Shown here piece by piece: positions 30,401 to 43,180 of a DNA stretch of 64,000 nt. Positions within the stretch are counted from its first letter, which is position 1, and every line of letters begins with the position of its first letter. The notes below the pieces were generated by a model. It ran no database searches. It saw only the letters and a program-made list of their open reading frames with translations, and had not been told where the DNA came from. The translations under genes were made by a program, and so were the position numbers. This DNA comes from Phyllobates terribilis (Eukaryota): positions 367,660,001 to 367,724,000 of the forward strand of contig NW_027362769.1 of NCBI RefSeq assembly GCF_046119375.1, written 5' to 3'.

Positions 30401-30723
30401 GAGCGACATGGGGAATAGCCATCTCAACTTCAACCGTGCACCCCATAATAAGGGGCCGAGGAAGGAGCCATGCCGGGAGTCTCGCAGTAGACCCACTTTT
30501 CTTCATCTGTAATCCCGTCGGTGAAAAAAACGGAGTAAAAGTTTTAGGTGTACCTCCTATGCGACACTAAGCAAAAACTGGAGAAGGCTGATGCCATCCA
30601 GGGGTGTATACTGCAGAGGAGGAGCCACGGTTAATCTTTTTCAGATTATGCATAGTGTCGCCTCCTAGTGGACAGCAGCATAACATCCATGGTCCTGTGT
30701 CCCCCAATGAGGCGACAGAGTAA
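27421..30723 (-). mobile_element. DIRS1-type tyrosine-recombinase retrotransposon, internally deleted
   Basis: Inverted terminal repeats (~27470-27600 and ~30575-30715). The ICR at ~27745-27850 joins complements of both ends. YR (HSTRAVGASW...F..HY), RNase H (TDASLTGWG, DNATAVAYVNHQGGTRS) and Dam-like MT (DLMAS...YIFPP) domains are present. Confidence 0.95.
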
Positions 30724-30831
30724 TAAAAAAAATTGTATGTATCTCAAATAGAATGGAAAAATAAAAAGAAAAGTTATGGCTTTTGGAAGAAGGGGAGAGA
30801 AGACACAAAAAAGCTATTTTTTTCTTTCTAG

Positions 30832-30975
30832 GCTGCAGAAATCGCCAATGATACTGGTAACCTGGCAGCTTCCTACCACCTGGCACGTCAGTATGAAAGC
30901 CAAGGGGATCTAAAACAGGCAGTGCATTTCTATACCAGAGCCCAGGCTTATAATAATGCCATCAGGATTTGCAAG
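30832..30975 (+). CDS. IFT140: IFT140 exon (approx. 24), 144 bp
   Basis: [48 protein letters not shown]. Boundaries ag/gtac. Confidence 0.96.
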
Positions 30976-31049
30976 GTACATGACCTTTTTGACCGTACTA
31001 TACACAGACCATTAATATCAGGTTTGATCACATACTTGTTCCCATACAG

Positions 31050-31178
31050 GAAAATAATCTCGATGATCAACTCATGAACCTGGCATTGCTGAGCTCCCCA
31101 GAAGACATGATGGATACAGCGCGGTACTATGAAGAAAAGGGAGAGCAAATGGATCGAGCAGTCATGCTGTACCACAAG
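31050..31178 (+). CDS. IFT140: IFT140 exon (approx. 25), 129 bp
   Basis: [43 protein letters not shown]. Boundaries ag/gtaaat. Confidence 0.96.
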
Positions 31179-31735
31179 GTAAATGAGAAACTGCTAAGGA
31201 TTGGATGAGAAGAATATTGTTTAAAGCGGATCAGAATTCCATGATTTAAAAGTGTTCTCCAGTCTCATAAGAAAAATCATGACAGTGGGCGGTCACTTGC
31301 CCGCAAGTATGAGATTTGTATACTTGTGATCACATGAAGACTAGCTTCTGTCAATAGAAGAGAATTGGTAGAAGCGCAGAAGTCTAGTCAGCACGTGACC
31401 GCAAGTATGTGAATCGCATACTTTCAGTCAAATCACCGCCCACCGTCACGATTCTGACTTTCTATAAGCCCGGACAACCTCTTTAATACAAGGCTGTGTG
31501 ATGGGAAGAAGAGGATTTTGACCTCTGTATCAAAAAAGAAGAACTCAAGCCTGTATAAGGATATGACATTTACACAAAATTTTAGCTCTATACATAAAAA
31601 AAAAAATAGAATGTATATTTTTGCACCTTAGCATAGTTGCAGTTTGCTTGCATTGATCGAGGTCTAAATACCTCTTCTTCAGATCCAAAGTTAAGGCATT
31701 GACACGTTTTCCACTTTCTCCCCACTTACTTCTAG

Positions 31736-31918
31736 TCGGGTCATCTCTCCAAGGCATTGGAGTTGGCGTTTGCCACAGAACAGTTCGGGGCTCTTCAGCT
31801 GATAGCCGAGGACCTAGATGAGAAGTCTGACCCGGCCCTCCTCGCTCGCTGCTCAGATTTTTTCATCCAGCACAACCAGTTTGAGAAAGCAGTGGAATTA
31901 CTACTGGCAGCTAAAAAG
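31736..31918 (+). CDS. IFT140: IFT140 exon (approx. 26), 183 bp
   Basis: [61 protein letters not shown]. Boundaries ag/gtaaaa. Confidence 0.96.
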
Positions 31919-33435
31919 GTAAAATGCTTTTTGTGAGCACAGAACACAATCAACCTGTTCAGTCAATGATGAGCGGCACTGTGACTCCAGGGTAAGAGTA
32001 TATACAATTGTAAGGGTATATACAAGTTTAAGGGTGTATACAGGATTCAGAACAGCCAACAATTGTATTGACACCAAGGGTCAATATTCTGAGTCCAATG
32101 AAACTCTTCAGTAAACCTGAAAGGGGAGAAGACTGCAGCACTTCAAAAAAAAGTAAACTGATGATTTCACCCCACTCCTTGATGCCACGTTTCCCCCTAT
32201 AAGGGCTTTTGTCAAGCAAATACACACTGTCCAGTGTTGGGTATATACAGTCCTTACATATCTGTACACTGTGTAGTGGTCGTTCTCGGGTACTACAGCT
32301 CAGCTCCTTTTAAAGTGAATGTGATCTGAGCTGCAGTACCTGAGAACGGCCACTACACGGCGTATGGAGCTGTGCAGTTTCGGTTCCATACACTGTTTAC
32401 TTTCGGCTGAAGATGATAAGAAATGATAGATGAGGGTGCGGAGTGACAGATCCCCTCAAGGCCTGGACAACCCCTTTAATGATTAAGGGAAATATACATT
32501 ACAAATGTAATTAATAAAGCAATGCAAGCGCTTTCCACGATGTTGTCAAGAAATAAGTAACTGGTATGTAAGAAAGTGGGTGAGTCATAGGTAGACTCAC
32601 AGCAAAAACCTTCAAAGTATTGTCATGAGTGCGCATGCTCAGTCACTTGATATAGCCAGAGCCTGCAGAAGTCACGCATGTGCAGATACATGATATTTCT
32701 AGAGCCAGCAGAACAGTCACGCATACACCGATATATATTTCCAGAGCCAGAACAGTCACGTCATGCAGATTCCTAATACATGCGGTTTTGTGGTAGAAGG
32801 TATAGAAAATCACCAACTGACTGAGCTGCATCTAGTCGGTGTCTTAGATCCATGTATTAACCAATTATAGTGGCAGTAAATGTAGTCCGGCCATTAGTTG
32901 TTTTGGACGCTGCTTTTGGATCTTTTGTTGAAAGTTTGTCTGTTAGTTTATGACCATGAACTGGGGGAAATGATATTATAAGGAGCGTATATACCCGTCA
33001 CCTTAATGTATGTTTAGGGGACAGACTACTGTATCAGGCTGAGGGGGGAATATTAGTCTCTAGTTTACACTATAAACTGCTTTTATAACCCAGTATAAGG
33101 CACATAAAACGGCTCCTAAAAATAATTGCTGTATACTTTGTAATAATATCAGACCCTCCTTATAAATTAATAATAGAGTTTTTCCATAAAAACACTTTTC
33201 TGGTATAACGTCATTTATAGACATACAGGGAGATTTATCAAAAGTCGAGCAAAGGTAGAGTAAAGTGGAGTGGTCTCCACAGCAGCCAGGCTGATCCTCC
33301 AGATTCTGTCCCTGATCTCTTGCGATGAATATCTACTTTACCTTTTAATAAATCATCCCAGGAAAATACAATCTCAAAGTACGACGCTGTTTCCATGGCT
33401 TCATGTCTAATTTCTGGTGTATATCTGTCCTGCAG

Positions 33436-33642
33436 TACTATGATGCCCTGCAGCTGTGCCTGGAGCAGAATCTCATCATCACCGAGGATATGGCGGAAAA
33501 AATGACCGTGTCCAAAAATTCCAAGGAGCTTAGTGAGGAAGCAAGACGGGAACTGCTCGAAAGGATCGCTGACTGCTGCATGCGACAAGGGAATTACCAC
33601 CTTGCCACCAAAAAGTACACCCAGGCTGGGAACAAGATAAAG
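33436..33642 (+). CDS. IFT140: IFT140 exon (approx. 27), 207 bp
   Basis: [24 protein letters not shown]...[20 protein letters not shown]. Boundaries ag/gtaaga. Confidence 0.97.
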
Positions 33643-33799
33643 GTAAGATTTGACATTTGGATGAAGCCATACACCGCATCTGCTTCCTTCCCCTGTGACA
33701 CCAAATCAGAAAAGTGTAACAGCCCTTTATTAGGGAGATGGCCATAACCAGTCCAGCAAGGTAGGAGTCAGCAATCGTCAGCACTCCAGCTATATTCAA

Positions 33800-34550
33800 C
33801 CACAGGGTGCTGAACCCTGCAATCTCCCAGCAGTTGCTCACACCCATAGACCATAAGGACTTCTTGGGAGTTGTAGTGTATAAGAGCTGAAGTGACGCAG
33901 GTTGCTGAACCCTGCAACTTCCCGGCATTTGCTCACACTCACAGACGATCAGGGCTTCTTGGGAGTTATAGTGTATAAGAGCTGGAGTGACGCAGGTTGC
34001 TGATCCCTGCAACCTCCCACCATTTGCTCACACCCACAGACCATAAGGTCTACTTGGGAGTTGTAGTGTATAAGAGCTGGAGTGACGCAGGTTGCTGAAC
34101 CCTGCAACTTCCCGGCATTTGCTCACACTCACAGACGATCAGGGCTTCTTGGGAGTTATAGTGTATAAGAGCTGGAGTGATGCAGGTTGCTGATCCCTGC
34201 AACCTCCCACCATTTGCTGACACCCACAGACCATAAGGTCTACTTGGGAGTTGTAGTGTATAAGAGCTGGAGTGACGCAGGTTGCTGATCCCAGCAACCT
34301 CCCAGCATTTGCTCACACCCACAGACCATCAAGGCTTGGGAGTTGTAGTGTATTAGCTGGAGTGACGCGGGTTGATGGCCCCTGTAAGCTCCCAGCATTT
34401 GTTCACACCCACAGACCATCAGGGCTTCTTGGGAGTTATAATGTATTAGCTGGAGTGACGCAGGTTGCTGACCCCTGCAACCTCCCGGCATTTGCTCACA
34501 CCCACAGACCATCAGGGCTTCTTGGGATTTGTAGTGACGCAGATTTCTGA
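33800..34550. repeat. Minisatellite, ~95-bp unit (...cacagaccatcagggcttcttgggagttgtagtgtataagagctggagtgacgcaggttgctgaaccctgcaac...), ~8 copies
   Basis: Directly visible tandem repetition within an IFT140 intron. Confidence 0.95.
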
Positions 34551-34647
34551 TCCCTGTAGTAGAGTTTCACCAGTTCAGAGAAAAAGCATAAAGGAGCCTC
34601 AGGTCCCACCATAGTATACTGACTTCTTATGTTCTTTTTTCCCCAAG

Positions 34648-34860
34648 GCTATGAGATCTTTATTGAAGTCAGGTGACACTGAGAAAATTGTGTTTTTTGC
34701 TGGAGTTTCCAGACAGAAAGAAATCTACATCATGGCGGCCAATTATCTGCAGTCTCTGGATTGGCGGCAGGATCCCCATATTGTCAATAACATCATTAAC
34801 TTCTACACCAAGGGACGAGCCCTGGACCTTCTGGCTGGTTTCTACGATGCCTGCGCTCAG
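34648..34860 (+). CDS. IFT140: IFT140 exon (approx. 28), 213 bp
   Basis: [40 protein letters not shown]...[10 protein letters not shown]. Boundaries ag/gtgagt. Confidence 0.97.
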
Positions 34861-34940
34861 GTGAGTGATCGATACGAGGACGTTCCAATGATTGGCAAAA
34901 GCCCCCTTTGTCTTTTCCTGAATCCTCATTTCCGCTTTAG

Positions 34941-35107
34941 GTAGAGATTGATGAATATCAGAATTACGAGAAGGCCATGGGAGCACTGACCGAGGCGTAC
35001 AAGTGTTTGTCTAAAGCCAAAATGCGCAGCCCGGAGGAGCAAGAAAGACGACAGTCTGATATGCAGAATAAAATTACTCTGGTCAAGAGGTTTATTCAGG
35101 CTCGTAG
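34941..35107 (+). CDS. IFT140: IFT140 exon (approx. 29), 167 bp
   Basis: [27 protein letters not shown]...KRFIQARR. Boundaries ag/gtaatg. Confidence 0.96.
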
Positions 35108-35386
35108 GTAATGTGTACAGCACTTGTAAGAACGGAAATGGAACTAAAACGGCCTTATTTTCATAATTTATAGGGGCTATAACATTAAAGTGGTTGTCCG
35201 ACCTCGCTGGTGGTCTACAACTCTCTTATGTAGCTGATCAGAAGGTGCCACGACTTGGGCCACCACCATTCTAATAATGGTTGGCAATCTAGTGTTGTAG
35301 CCCAGTTCTAGTGCAACATAATGCCTAAATACATACCGCCATGCTTTGCTCAAGTAATACTAACATACACTTCTTCGTTGTCACAG

Positions 35387-35528
35387 GTCGTACGCCGCTG
35401 ACAAGCAGGAAGCCATCAGACAGTGTGAGCAGCTGCTAGATGAGCCGGAGTTGGAGGGCGCTGTCCGTATCGGCGACGTGTATGGTTTTCTGGTGGAACA
35501 TTATACGCAGCAGGGAGACTTTCAGAAG
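35387..35528 (+). CDS. IFT140: IFT140 exon (approx. 30), 142 bp
   Basis: SYAADKQEAIRQCEQLLDEPELEGAVRIGDVYGFLVEHYTQQGDFQK. Boundaries ag/gtacgg. Confidence 0.95.
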
Positions 35529-35665
35529 GTACGGTAGATGTCGGTGTCCTTTCTGCCGCACCTTTATGACCTTGTGCAGATCATCTGCTGTATTCCTCCG
35601 CAGTACATTGTGTTTTTTGTAGCATCCCATCCTCCTGCCGTCCTTACCGCCTCCTTTCTCATCAG

Positions 35666-35866
35666 GCGTACAGGTGCCTAGAAGAAATGAGATCTAAGAT
35701 GCCCTCGGTGAACCTCAGCTACTACGTACCACAGGGCACGGTGGAGGCCGTGTATCGGGCCCTCTCCATCCCGCTCGCACATCAGTCTACAGAGCACGTG
35801 CGACACAACAGCGTAGAAGACAGCGAGGAGGTGGAAGAGGCGCCTGACATAGACTATGACGGTTAA
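35666..35866 (+). CDS. IFT140: IFT140 terminal coding exon, stop TAA at 35864-35866
   Basis: AYRCLEEMRSKMPSVNLSYYVPQGTVEAVYRALSIPL...RHNSVEDSEEVEEAPDIDYDG*. Confidence 0.95.
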   Translation, partial: AYRCLEEMRSKMPSVNLSYYVPQGTVEAVYRALSIPLAHQSTEHVRHNSVEDSEEVEEAPDIDYDG

Positions 35867-36512
35867 CCCCGTCACAGATTCAGCTTTTTTGGGGCTCACG
35901 GTCAGCACATTTGACACAGATCCTCAACAAGGTTGGAGGCCTTTTCTGCAAATTTCCCCATGCTGCTAATTACCCTGAATCACACAACATATGACACAAG
36001 CATGAGGAGTGAACCTGAATAATTCCAGACTTTTTTTGCATCTCAATGTGAGCCCACCATTTTTTTTTAGACTGCATGCCATACATTCGACATACGGTAG
36101 TACCATAAAGCACTGAGGTCATAGCATGCAGTTATAGTATTATAGGGGGTGTGATCACTTTTGCAAACCATGTATTGCTACAGTTCATCTAAAAATTATT
36201 TTATAAAAGCAATATTGATTAAAAATCTCCAAGCATTTTGTGTACACAGCTCTGATGCAGACCTATATTTTTCCATGGTTGCTGACTGTAGGGTTGTGCC
36301 GTCAATTGACAGTCCGCTCCTTGCCCTATCTTCTTTCTAACGTGCAGATGGAGAAGAGTAAAACATGATGGAAAGATCAGACTACACAGGGTTTGCTTGC
36401 AGTCTGTTACCATGGAGACACATGGTTCTGTATAGGAGCTGTATGCACAAAACAGTTGGAAATACTTAAACATTAAAAAATTGCTTTCTTTATTATTTAG
36501 GTGCATCGAAAC

Positions 36513-36518
36513 AATAAA
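36513..36518 (+). terminator. Candidate IFT140 polyadenylation signal AATAAA
   Basis: First canonical AATAAA I found after the stop, ~650 nt downstream. ATTAAA variants occur earlier. Confidence 0.45.
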
Positions 36519-37689
36519 AATAGTTACAAAAGTGTATATACCCCGTGATGAGGCGCAGGGAATAGAATTTTACACAAATCAGCCCTTTCCCACTGACCAA
36601 ATTATAGCCAAAGTCTGATTTCTTTCTCCGATTTAGTGTCTGTCGTTCCCACAATCACACCAGAGATATGAAACTACCAGCCTGCTCTTACTTTTTTTTT
36701 CATACACTATTTACAACAGAAACGAAACCGAGAAATGCGGTTTTCTTTATACGTAAATTATTTTTTATTGTATGTTTCTATATAAGTGTATATATATATA
36801 AAAAGATTTTATTATGTCTTGTACAGTATTTTCTTCAAAGAATGCATCAATCTCTCTCTGGAAGACTCGATACATCCGTTCCAGTGATCTCAGTGGAAAA
36901 CTGTGTAATGCTTCATTTCACCAGAGGTGGCACTGCAGGGAAATGTAACACTTGCTAATGAACCAGCGCCACTTTTGTCCATAGGCCATTGGTGATATTG
37001 CAGCTTCTCTCCATTCAGGTGAAGTATTAGGGGGGCATGATAGTTTATATTCTGCTGATTTATAAAAAGATATTTACAATCCCCCCTTTGTTTCACATGT
37101 AACATTTGGATGATGAGATTGTCTATGTATCATCCACTGTCGGGGCTTGTTGGGAGTTGTAGTCGTGCAGTAGCTGCAGAACTCAAAATAGAGAATTGCA
37201 GACAGAGAATGAACCCGATTAACGTAAAACATTTCATCATGTTGCGCTCGGTCAGCTCCAGCCATTTACTAAAATTCCAGATAAGGTGGCTCCCGTTTGC
37301 TTGTTTGCCAGGAGGAGCCGCCCTGTGCGCGGAGTCGTGAGAAGATGATCCCGCTGAGTATATTTAGCCTTTTTTTTGCATGGTCTCAGCCTTGCTTAAT
37401 ATAGTGTGTCCTCTGTGTGACTCTTCGTCTGCCAGATCCTCTTTCCTTCCCCGGGACTCTCTGTTCAGGATATAGAATTCAGTCAAACAACATGAAAACG
37501 GAAGTTTGGTTTCCTACTTACAGCAAACATGGCTGCCGCTCTTGTCTCTGCTTCTATGGGGGGGAGACAAGTCTTGGTGTCATTTAAAATGGTCTCAAGA
37601 ATGTGCACAAGATGTGTTTACAGAATTATTTCAGTACAAAAAGTGAAACTCATATATTATATAGAGTCATTACAGAGTGATCTATTTCA

Positions 37690-38610
37690 CGTGTATATTT
37701 CTGTTAATGTTGATGGTTATGGCTTACAGCCAATGAAAACACATAAGTCATTATCTCAGTAAATTAGAATACTTTATAACAACAGCTTGAAAAATGATTT
37801 TAAAATCCGAAATGTTGGTCTACTGAAATGTATGTTCAGTAAATGCCCTCAATACTTGGTCGGGCTCCTTTTGCATCAATTACTGCATCAATGTGGCGTG
37901 GCATGGAGGCGATCAGCCTGTGGCACTGCTGAGGTGTTATGGAAGCCCAGGTGGCTTTGATAGCAGCCTTCAGCTCATCTGCATTGTTGGGTCTGGTGTC
38001 TCTCATCTTCCTCTTGACATACCCCATAGATTCTCTATAATAGATTCTCTATGGGGTTAAGGTCAGGCGAGTTTGCTGCCAATCAAGCACAGTGATACTG
38101 TTGTGTGTAAACCAGGTATTGGTACTTTTGGCAGTGTGGACAGGGGCCAAGTCCTGCTGGAGAATGACATTTCCATCTCCATAAAGCTTGTCGGCAGAGG
38201 GAAGCATGAAGTGCTCTAAAATGTCCTGGTAGACGGCTGCGCTGACTTTGGTCTTGATAAAACACAGTGGACCTACACCAGCAGATGACATGGCTCCCCA
38301 AACCATCACTGATTGTGGAAACTTCACAAGCACCTTGGATTGTAGCCTCTCCACTCTTCCTCCAGACTCTGGGACCTTGATTTGCAAATGAAAATTGGAG
38401 CTCTGGGACCTTGTGGAGTGTGTCAATGACTGCCTTCTGGACATCTGTCAAGTCAGCAGTCTTCCCTATGATTGTGGAGCCTACTGAAACCGACTAAGGG
38501 ACCTTTTTAAAGGCTTAGGAAGCATTTGCAGGTGTTTTTTATTAATTATTTTAATTTACTGAGATAATGACTTTTGTGTTTTCATAGGCTGTAAGCCATA
38601 ATCATAAACA
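37690..38610 (-). mobile_element. Internally deleted Tc1 element
   Basis: Inverted ends (ttatggcttacagccaatgaaaacac / gtgttttcataggctgtaagccataa). ORFs contain VKFPQSVMVWGAMS...QQDLAP and AVIDAKG. Confidence 0.88.
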
Positions 38611-38949
38611 TACTAAGTTATGTGGCAAAACTCATTAAATGGTAGATATTGACTTTTTGGATTGCTACTTCCAATAGGTGAGATTACAATTCAAGTTCTC
38701 TTCCTCTCTAAAGAGACAATTTGCGCATTTAAATTCCTAGAGGAGCATTGCATGGCTGATAAGTCTCCTTACGCTGGATTGGCACTCTCCATAAGGAGAA
38801 ATATTCCCTCTTAGATCTATCATGGACATACTGGGTTGCTTAACTCCACAGGCTCTGCCAGCTCTCTTGCATGCTGAAGAAACATCCAATACAGGAGGAT
38901 CCCATGGCAGATCCCGTACACAACTGAGGTACAAATACTCTAGCCAGCT

Positions 38950-41500
38950 TTGGTCATTCTCTGTCTCTTTGCCCTCCCTTTCCTCTGAGGCATGATGTTC
39001 AGATGTTTTGCCCAGAGTTGAGGACCTCTCAGGAGAGATTCCACAGTCATGCTTAGACGAGGAACAGGACTCCAAACTGTCCTCTGAGGTCAATAGTCTA
39101 AAAATGGCCATCAAGAAGACCCTGAATGTCATGGATGTTGAATCCTCTTACTCCCAGGAGACCATTTCTTTTCGACACCCTCACCGAATTCCAAGAATTT
39201 TCCTTTTACAGCCTGATTTTGTCAACATTCTAAGGCATGAACAGGACAGGCATTTCACCAAAGCTAAATGTTTAGATGTCATGTATTTCTTTCTGGACAA
39301 CGCACTAGGCCCTCCAATATCCCATCTGGCAAAGCATACAACTTTACCTGTGGCAGATGCAGCCTCCTTCCAGATGTTTGCAAAATTTTCCTATAAAGCC
39401 GTCAATTCGGCTTTCAGGCCAATGTTCGCTTTTTCCTGGGTTGGTAACATCATTCTGTCTGGTGCATTCATTGAGGATTTAGCAGACCTTATGCAGAAGC
39501 AGGCACGTGTATGTTTGAGGCCACCCTTGATGCTTTCAGGCACCTCATCTGCTCCTCGGCACTTTCCAGGGCAATCCTCTGCACCCATGCTGGAATACTG
39601 GTCTGTTGGCACAGCACCAAAAAAAAATCTCTGATTTCCCTTCCCTTTTAGAGGGTCTCGTCAGTTTGGTAAACAATTAGATGAAATCATCTCCGAAGTG
39701 ACAGGTAAAAAGAGTAGCCATCTTTCTAAGAACAAGCACAGCTGCTCAGACCAAAATCAAGGACACATTTTCACTCCTCTCATCACTTCTCTAGCCCATG
39801 TTGTGGTTACAAGAGCCAGGAAGCTTAGGTACAGAAAGAGAGGCCTGTCTTTAAATTGTGCCACCTGGCATCTCACAAACAGACCTCAGAGGCCTTCTCA
39901 ACCAAGTCCAAATGACTGGCTCCCATCCAAACAGGTCAGGTTGGGGGACTTCTTCTGTTCAAAGATGTCTGGCTCTCCCATGTTCAAGTTTCCTGGGTAT
40001 GCAAGGTGGTTTTCAAGGGATACAAAGACAGTTTCTTCTGCACTACAGCTCCTATTGCTCCATCCGGAGAACAGTCCTTTTTTTGTGTAATCCAGGCTCT
40101 TGTCACAGAGTTCAATAGTGCCGGCTCCTCAATTGGAACATTACCAGGGTTTTTATTTAAAGCTTCTTGTGATATCCGAGGAGGACTGTTCAGTTTAGCC
40201 TGTCCTAGACCTCAAGTGGTTCAACTGCTATGTGCAGGTTCAACATTTGCGCATTGACATCGCTCAGGCCAGGATTTTTCACAAACGGAAAAATTCAGCA
40301 CCCTCAAACAGCAATTTTCGCCGCAGAGACAAAAAAAACCTCAATCCGATACTGCGTGCAAGTCCTAAGTCCCTTGGTTTTATCCATGGAAGCCATCCCA
40401 TATGCCCAATTTCACACTTACTCTCTTTAGTGAGCATGGTGGAATAGGTCAGAGGAGTTTGTAGATTTGAAGATGCGGCAGTCAAAGCAGTCTCTAGATA
40501 GATTAGAAGATGCTGCTTTCATTAACATCCCATTAGTTCCTTCAGTGGTAACTTCAGACTTCCTCACGCTCTCATGGACGGTTCCTCCTTCCACTTCAAT
40601 GGTGAGTCGTCACAACAGATGCCAGTCTCCAAGACTAAGGCGGGGTTCTTCAATATCGAACAAAGGAATTTGTTCTCCTCAAAAGTATGTGCACCCGATC
40701 AGCGTACAAGAACTCCATACCATTCTCTTCTTCCTGAGGCACAGTACCCAGTCCTTATATCAGGTCACCTAGTCAGAGTCCAGACATACAACTCCACAGC
40801 ATTCACTTATTTGCATCACCAAAATGGAACCTGGAGTACAATGGTTAAGCCGGAAACAGCCAAGATCCTTCAATATGCTGAAACACATGTCCCAGCCCTC
40901 TTGGTGGTTGACATCCCAGGAGTGGACTATTGGATGGCCCGACTCCTTTAGCAATGAACAATTCAACCCAGGAGACTGGTTGCTACACCTCAAGGTATTC
41001 GCCAAACTCCTCTCAGGATGGGAAGCGTCAGATGTCAAACTCATGACCTCCAGACTCAACCACAAATTGCCGAATTTCGTATCCAGATCCCAGGATCCCA
41101 AAGCTTTTGGAGTGAATGCTCTGGTCCTCCACTAGAGCTAGTTCAAGCTACCCTACACATCTACCCTTCCCTTCTTCTTCAAGAAGATCAAAGCAGAGGG
41201 CAACCAGTGAATCTCATTGTCCAAGGAGGGCGTGGTACATAGTAAAGTCAGCAAAATGTCCTCGTGTATTTACTACAGAGCCTGGAAGATTTACTTCTGT
41301 TAGAGTGAGGACTGTTTTCTCTATCCTTATTCTTTCAATTTTCCAGAATCGCTTGGACTTTAGCTAATAGTTTAAAGTCTCTTAAAGGTCAAATCTCAGC
41401 CCTTTCTATTTTATTTCAAGGCCTGCTGGACTTTAAGTCACTCATTCAGACGTTCTTACAAGGAGTGGCCCATGCTGCATCTTTTCTTATCTTCAACCTA
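38950..41500 (+). mobile_element. Old, heavily decayed DIRS1-type relic
   Basis: Fragments of gag, RT (LDLKWFNCYVQVQHLRID at ~40205-40260), RNase H (VRVQTYNSTAFTYLHHQNGTWS), MT (DVKLMTSRLNHKLPNFVSRS) and YR, in DIRS order. Confidence 0.8.
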
Positions 41501-41645
41501 CTTCATATTTAATACATGATGACAATACCAAAATACTGCAGAATGCAGACACGTTCCTTTGCTACGAGGCAAAGGTAGCACTTTTGCAAAATTCAGATGA
41601 ACAACCATTTACACACCTATCTTCCATGAGGGGGGTAGTTGCTTA

Positions 41646-42120
41646 GTGTTATAAGTTGTTACTTGTTCCAACTCCAACACCAGGCCTTGCACCCTTCTCC
41701 TATGGCCGTCTCCCTCTGTACTCATTTGCGTCGGGTTACTCTGGTAACTCGGGAAGCACCTCTGAGGTCTTCACCCACGGCTTTTCAAAGCTGGCTCAGG
41801 AACCCATGTGTGCTTCAATATTTAGAAAGCATAGTTTTCATCTACCACGTGTATTTCTGTTGGTTCAACTCCAAGCAAGTGTCTAATTATCTCCTCTGCC
41901 ACTTCTGGCTTCCATTTTACTACCCGTATTTATTTCCAAGCTCAGTCCAGCTTACCTGAGTATTGTCCACAGCTACCATTCTGCATTCAAGATCTCAGAT
42001 CACTAACATTTCACAACTGTTCTTAGTGTTTTTCACACTTTGGTCTCTGCTATCAAGGTAACAAACCTCTGTAATCACGTGAACAGCTTGCTAATAAATA
42101 TCAGAAATGTAAGTGTGCAC
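41646..42120 (+). mobile_element. Gypsy LTR-like fragment A
   Basis: Diverged direct-repeat similarity to 44771-45200 (shared caagctcagtccagctta...gtctctgctatcaaggtaa). Preceded by a G-rich tract. Confidence 0.6.
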
Positions 42121-42273
42121 TGCTTCTTTGTAAGCAAGCTTTCAGTTTGCCAGTACATTTTTGCTATTTAAAGAAGGGGCAGATATATCATTGGTGCAAC
42201 CTGTGCAGCTGAAAAAGGGCTTAAGAGGTAAGGACACAGTTTTCCTCCTCGAAAGCAGTAAGCAGCTACATAT

Positions 42274-43180
42274 ATACAGGGTGGGCCATTTATGTGGATA
42301 CGCCTAAATTAAATGGGAATGATTGGTGATATCAACTTCCTGTTTGTGGCACATTAGTATATGGGAGAGGGAAAACTTTTCCAGATGGGTGGTGACCATG
42401 GCGGCCATTTTGGATCCAACTTTATTTTTTTCAGTGGGATGAGGGTCATGTGACACATCAAACTTATTGAGAATTTCATAAGAAAAACAATGGTGCGCTT
42501 GGTTTTAACGTAACTTTATTCTTTCATGAGATTTTTGCAAGTTTATGACCACTTATAAGTTCAAAGTGCTGCCCATTGTGTTGTTCTGTCAATGCAACCC
42601 TCTTCTCCCACTCTTGACACATTGATAGCAACACCGCAGGAGAAATGCCAGCACAGGCTTCCAGTATCTGGTGTTTCAGATGCTGCACATCTCGTATCTT
42701 GATGGTACGGTGTGGTATATGGGGTACAAAGATAGTGGGGCCACTCTTCATCAATGGAAACCTCAATGCCACTGGATATCTGAAATTGCTACATGATGAT
42801 GTGTTGACCTCTTTATGCACTGAAGATGGCACGTTCCCTGAGTTTTTCCAACAAGATGGTCACCACCACATTATGGGTGTCAGGTCCGAGCATTCCTACA
42901 TGAACAGTTTCCTGGAAAGTGGATTGGTCGTCGTGGGCCAGTTGAATGGCCACCAAGGTCTCTCGATCTGACCCCCTTAGACTTTTATCTTTGGGGTCAA
43001 CTGAAGGCAATTATCAATGCTGTGAAGATACGAGATGTGCAGTATCTGAAACACCGGATACTGGAAGCCTGTGCTGGCATTTCTTCTGCAGTGTTGCTAT
43101 CAGTGTGTCAAGAGTGGGAGAAGAGGGCGGCATTGACAATCCAACACAATGGGCAGCACTTTGAACACATTTTATAAGTG
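42274..43180 (+). mobile_element. Mariner-like (WPPRSPDLTPLDF-type) non-autonomous element with long inverted ends
   Basis: Left end tacagggtgggccattt. FFQQDG and WPPRS.DLTPLDFYLWGQLK motifs. 42550-42700 is the inverse of 43020-43178. Confidence 0.8.
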
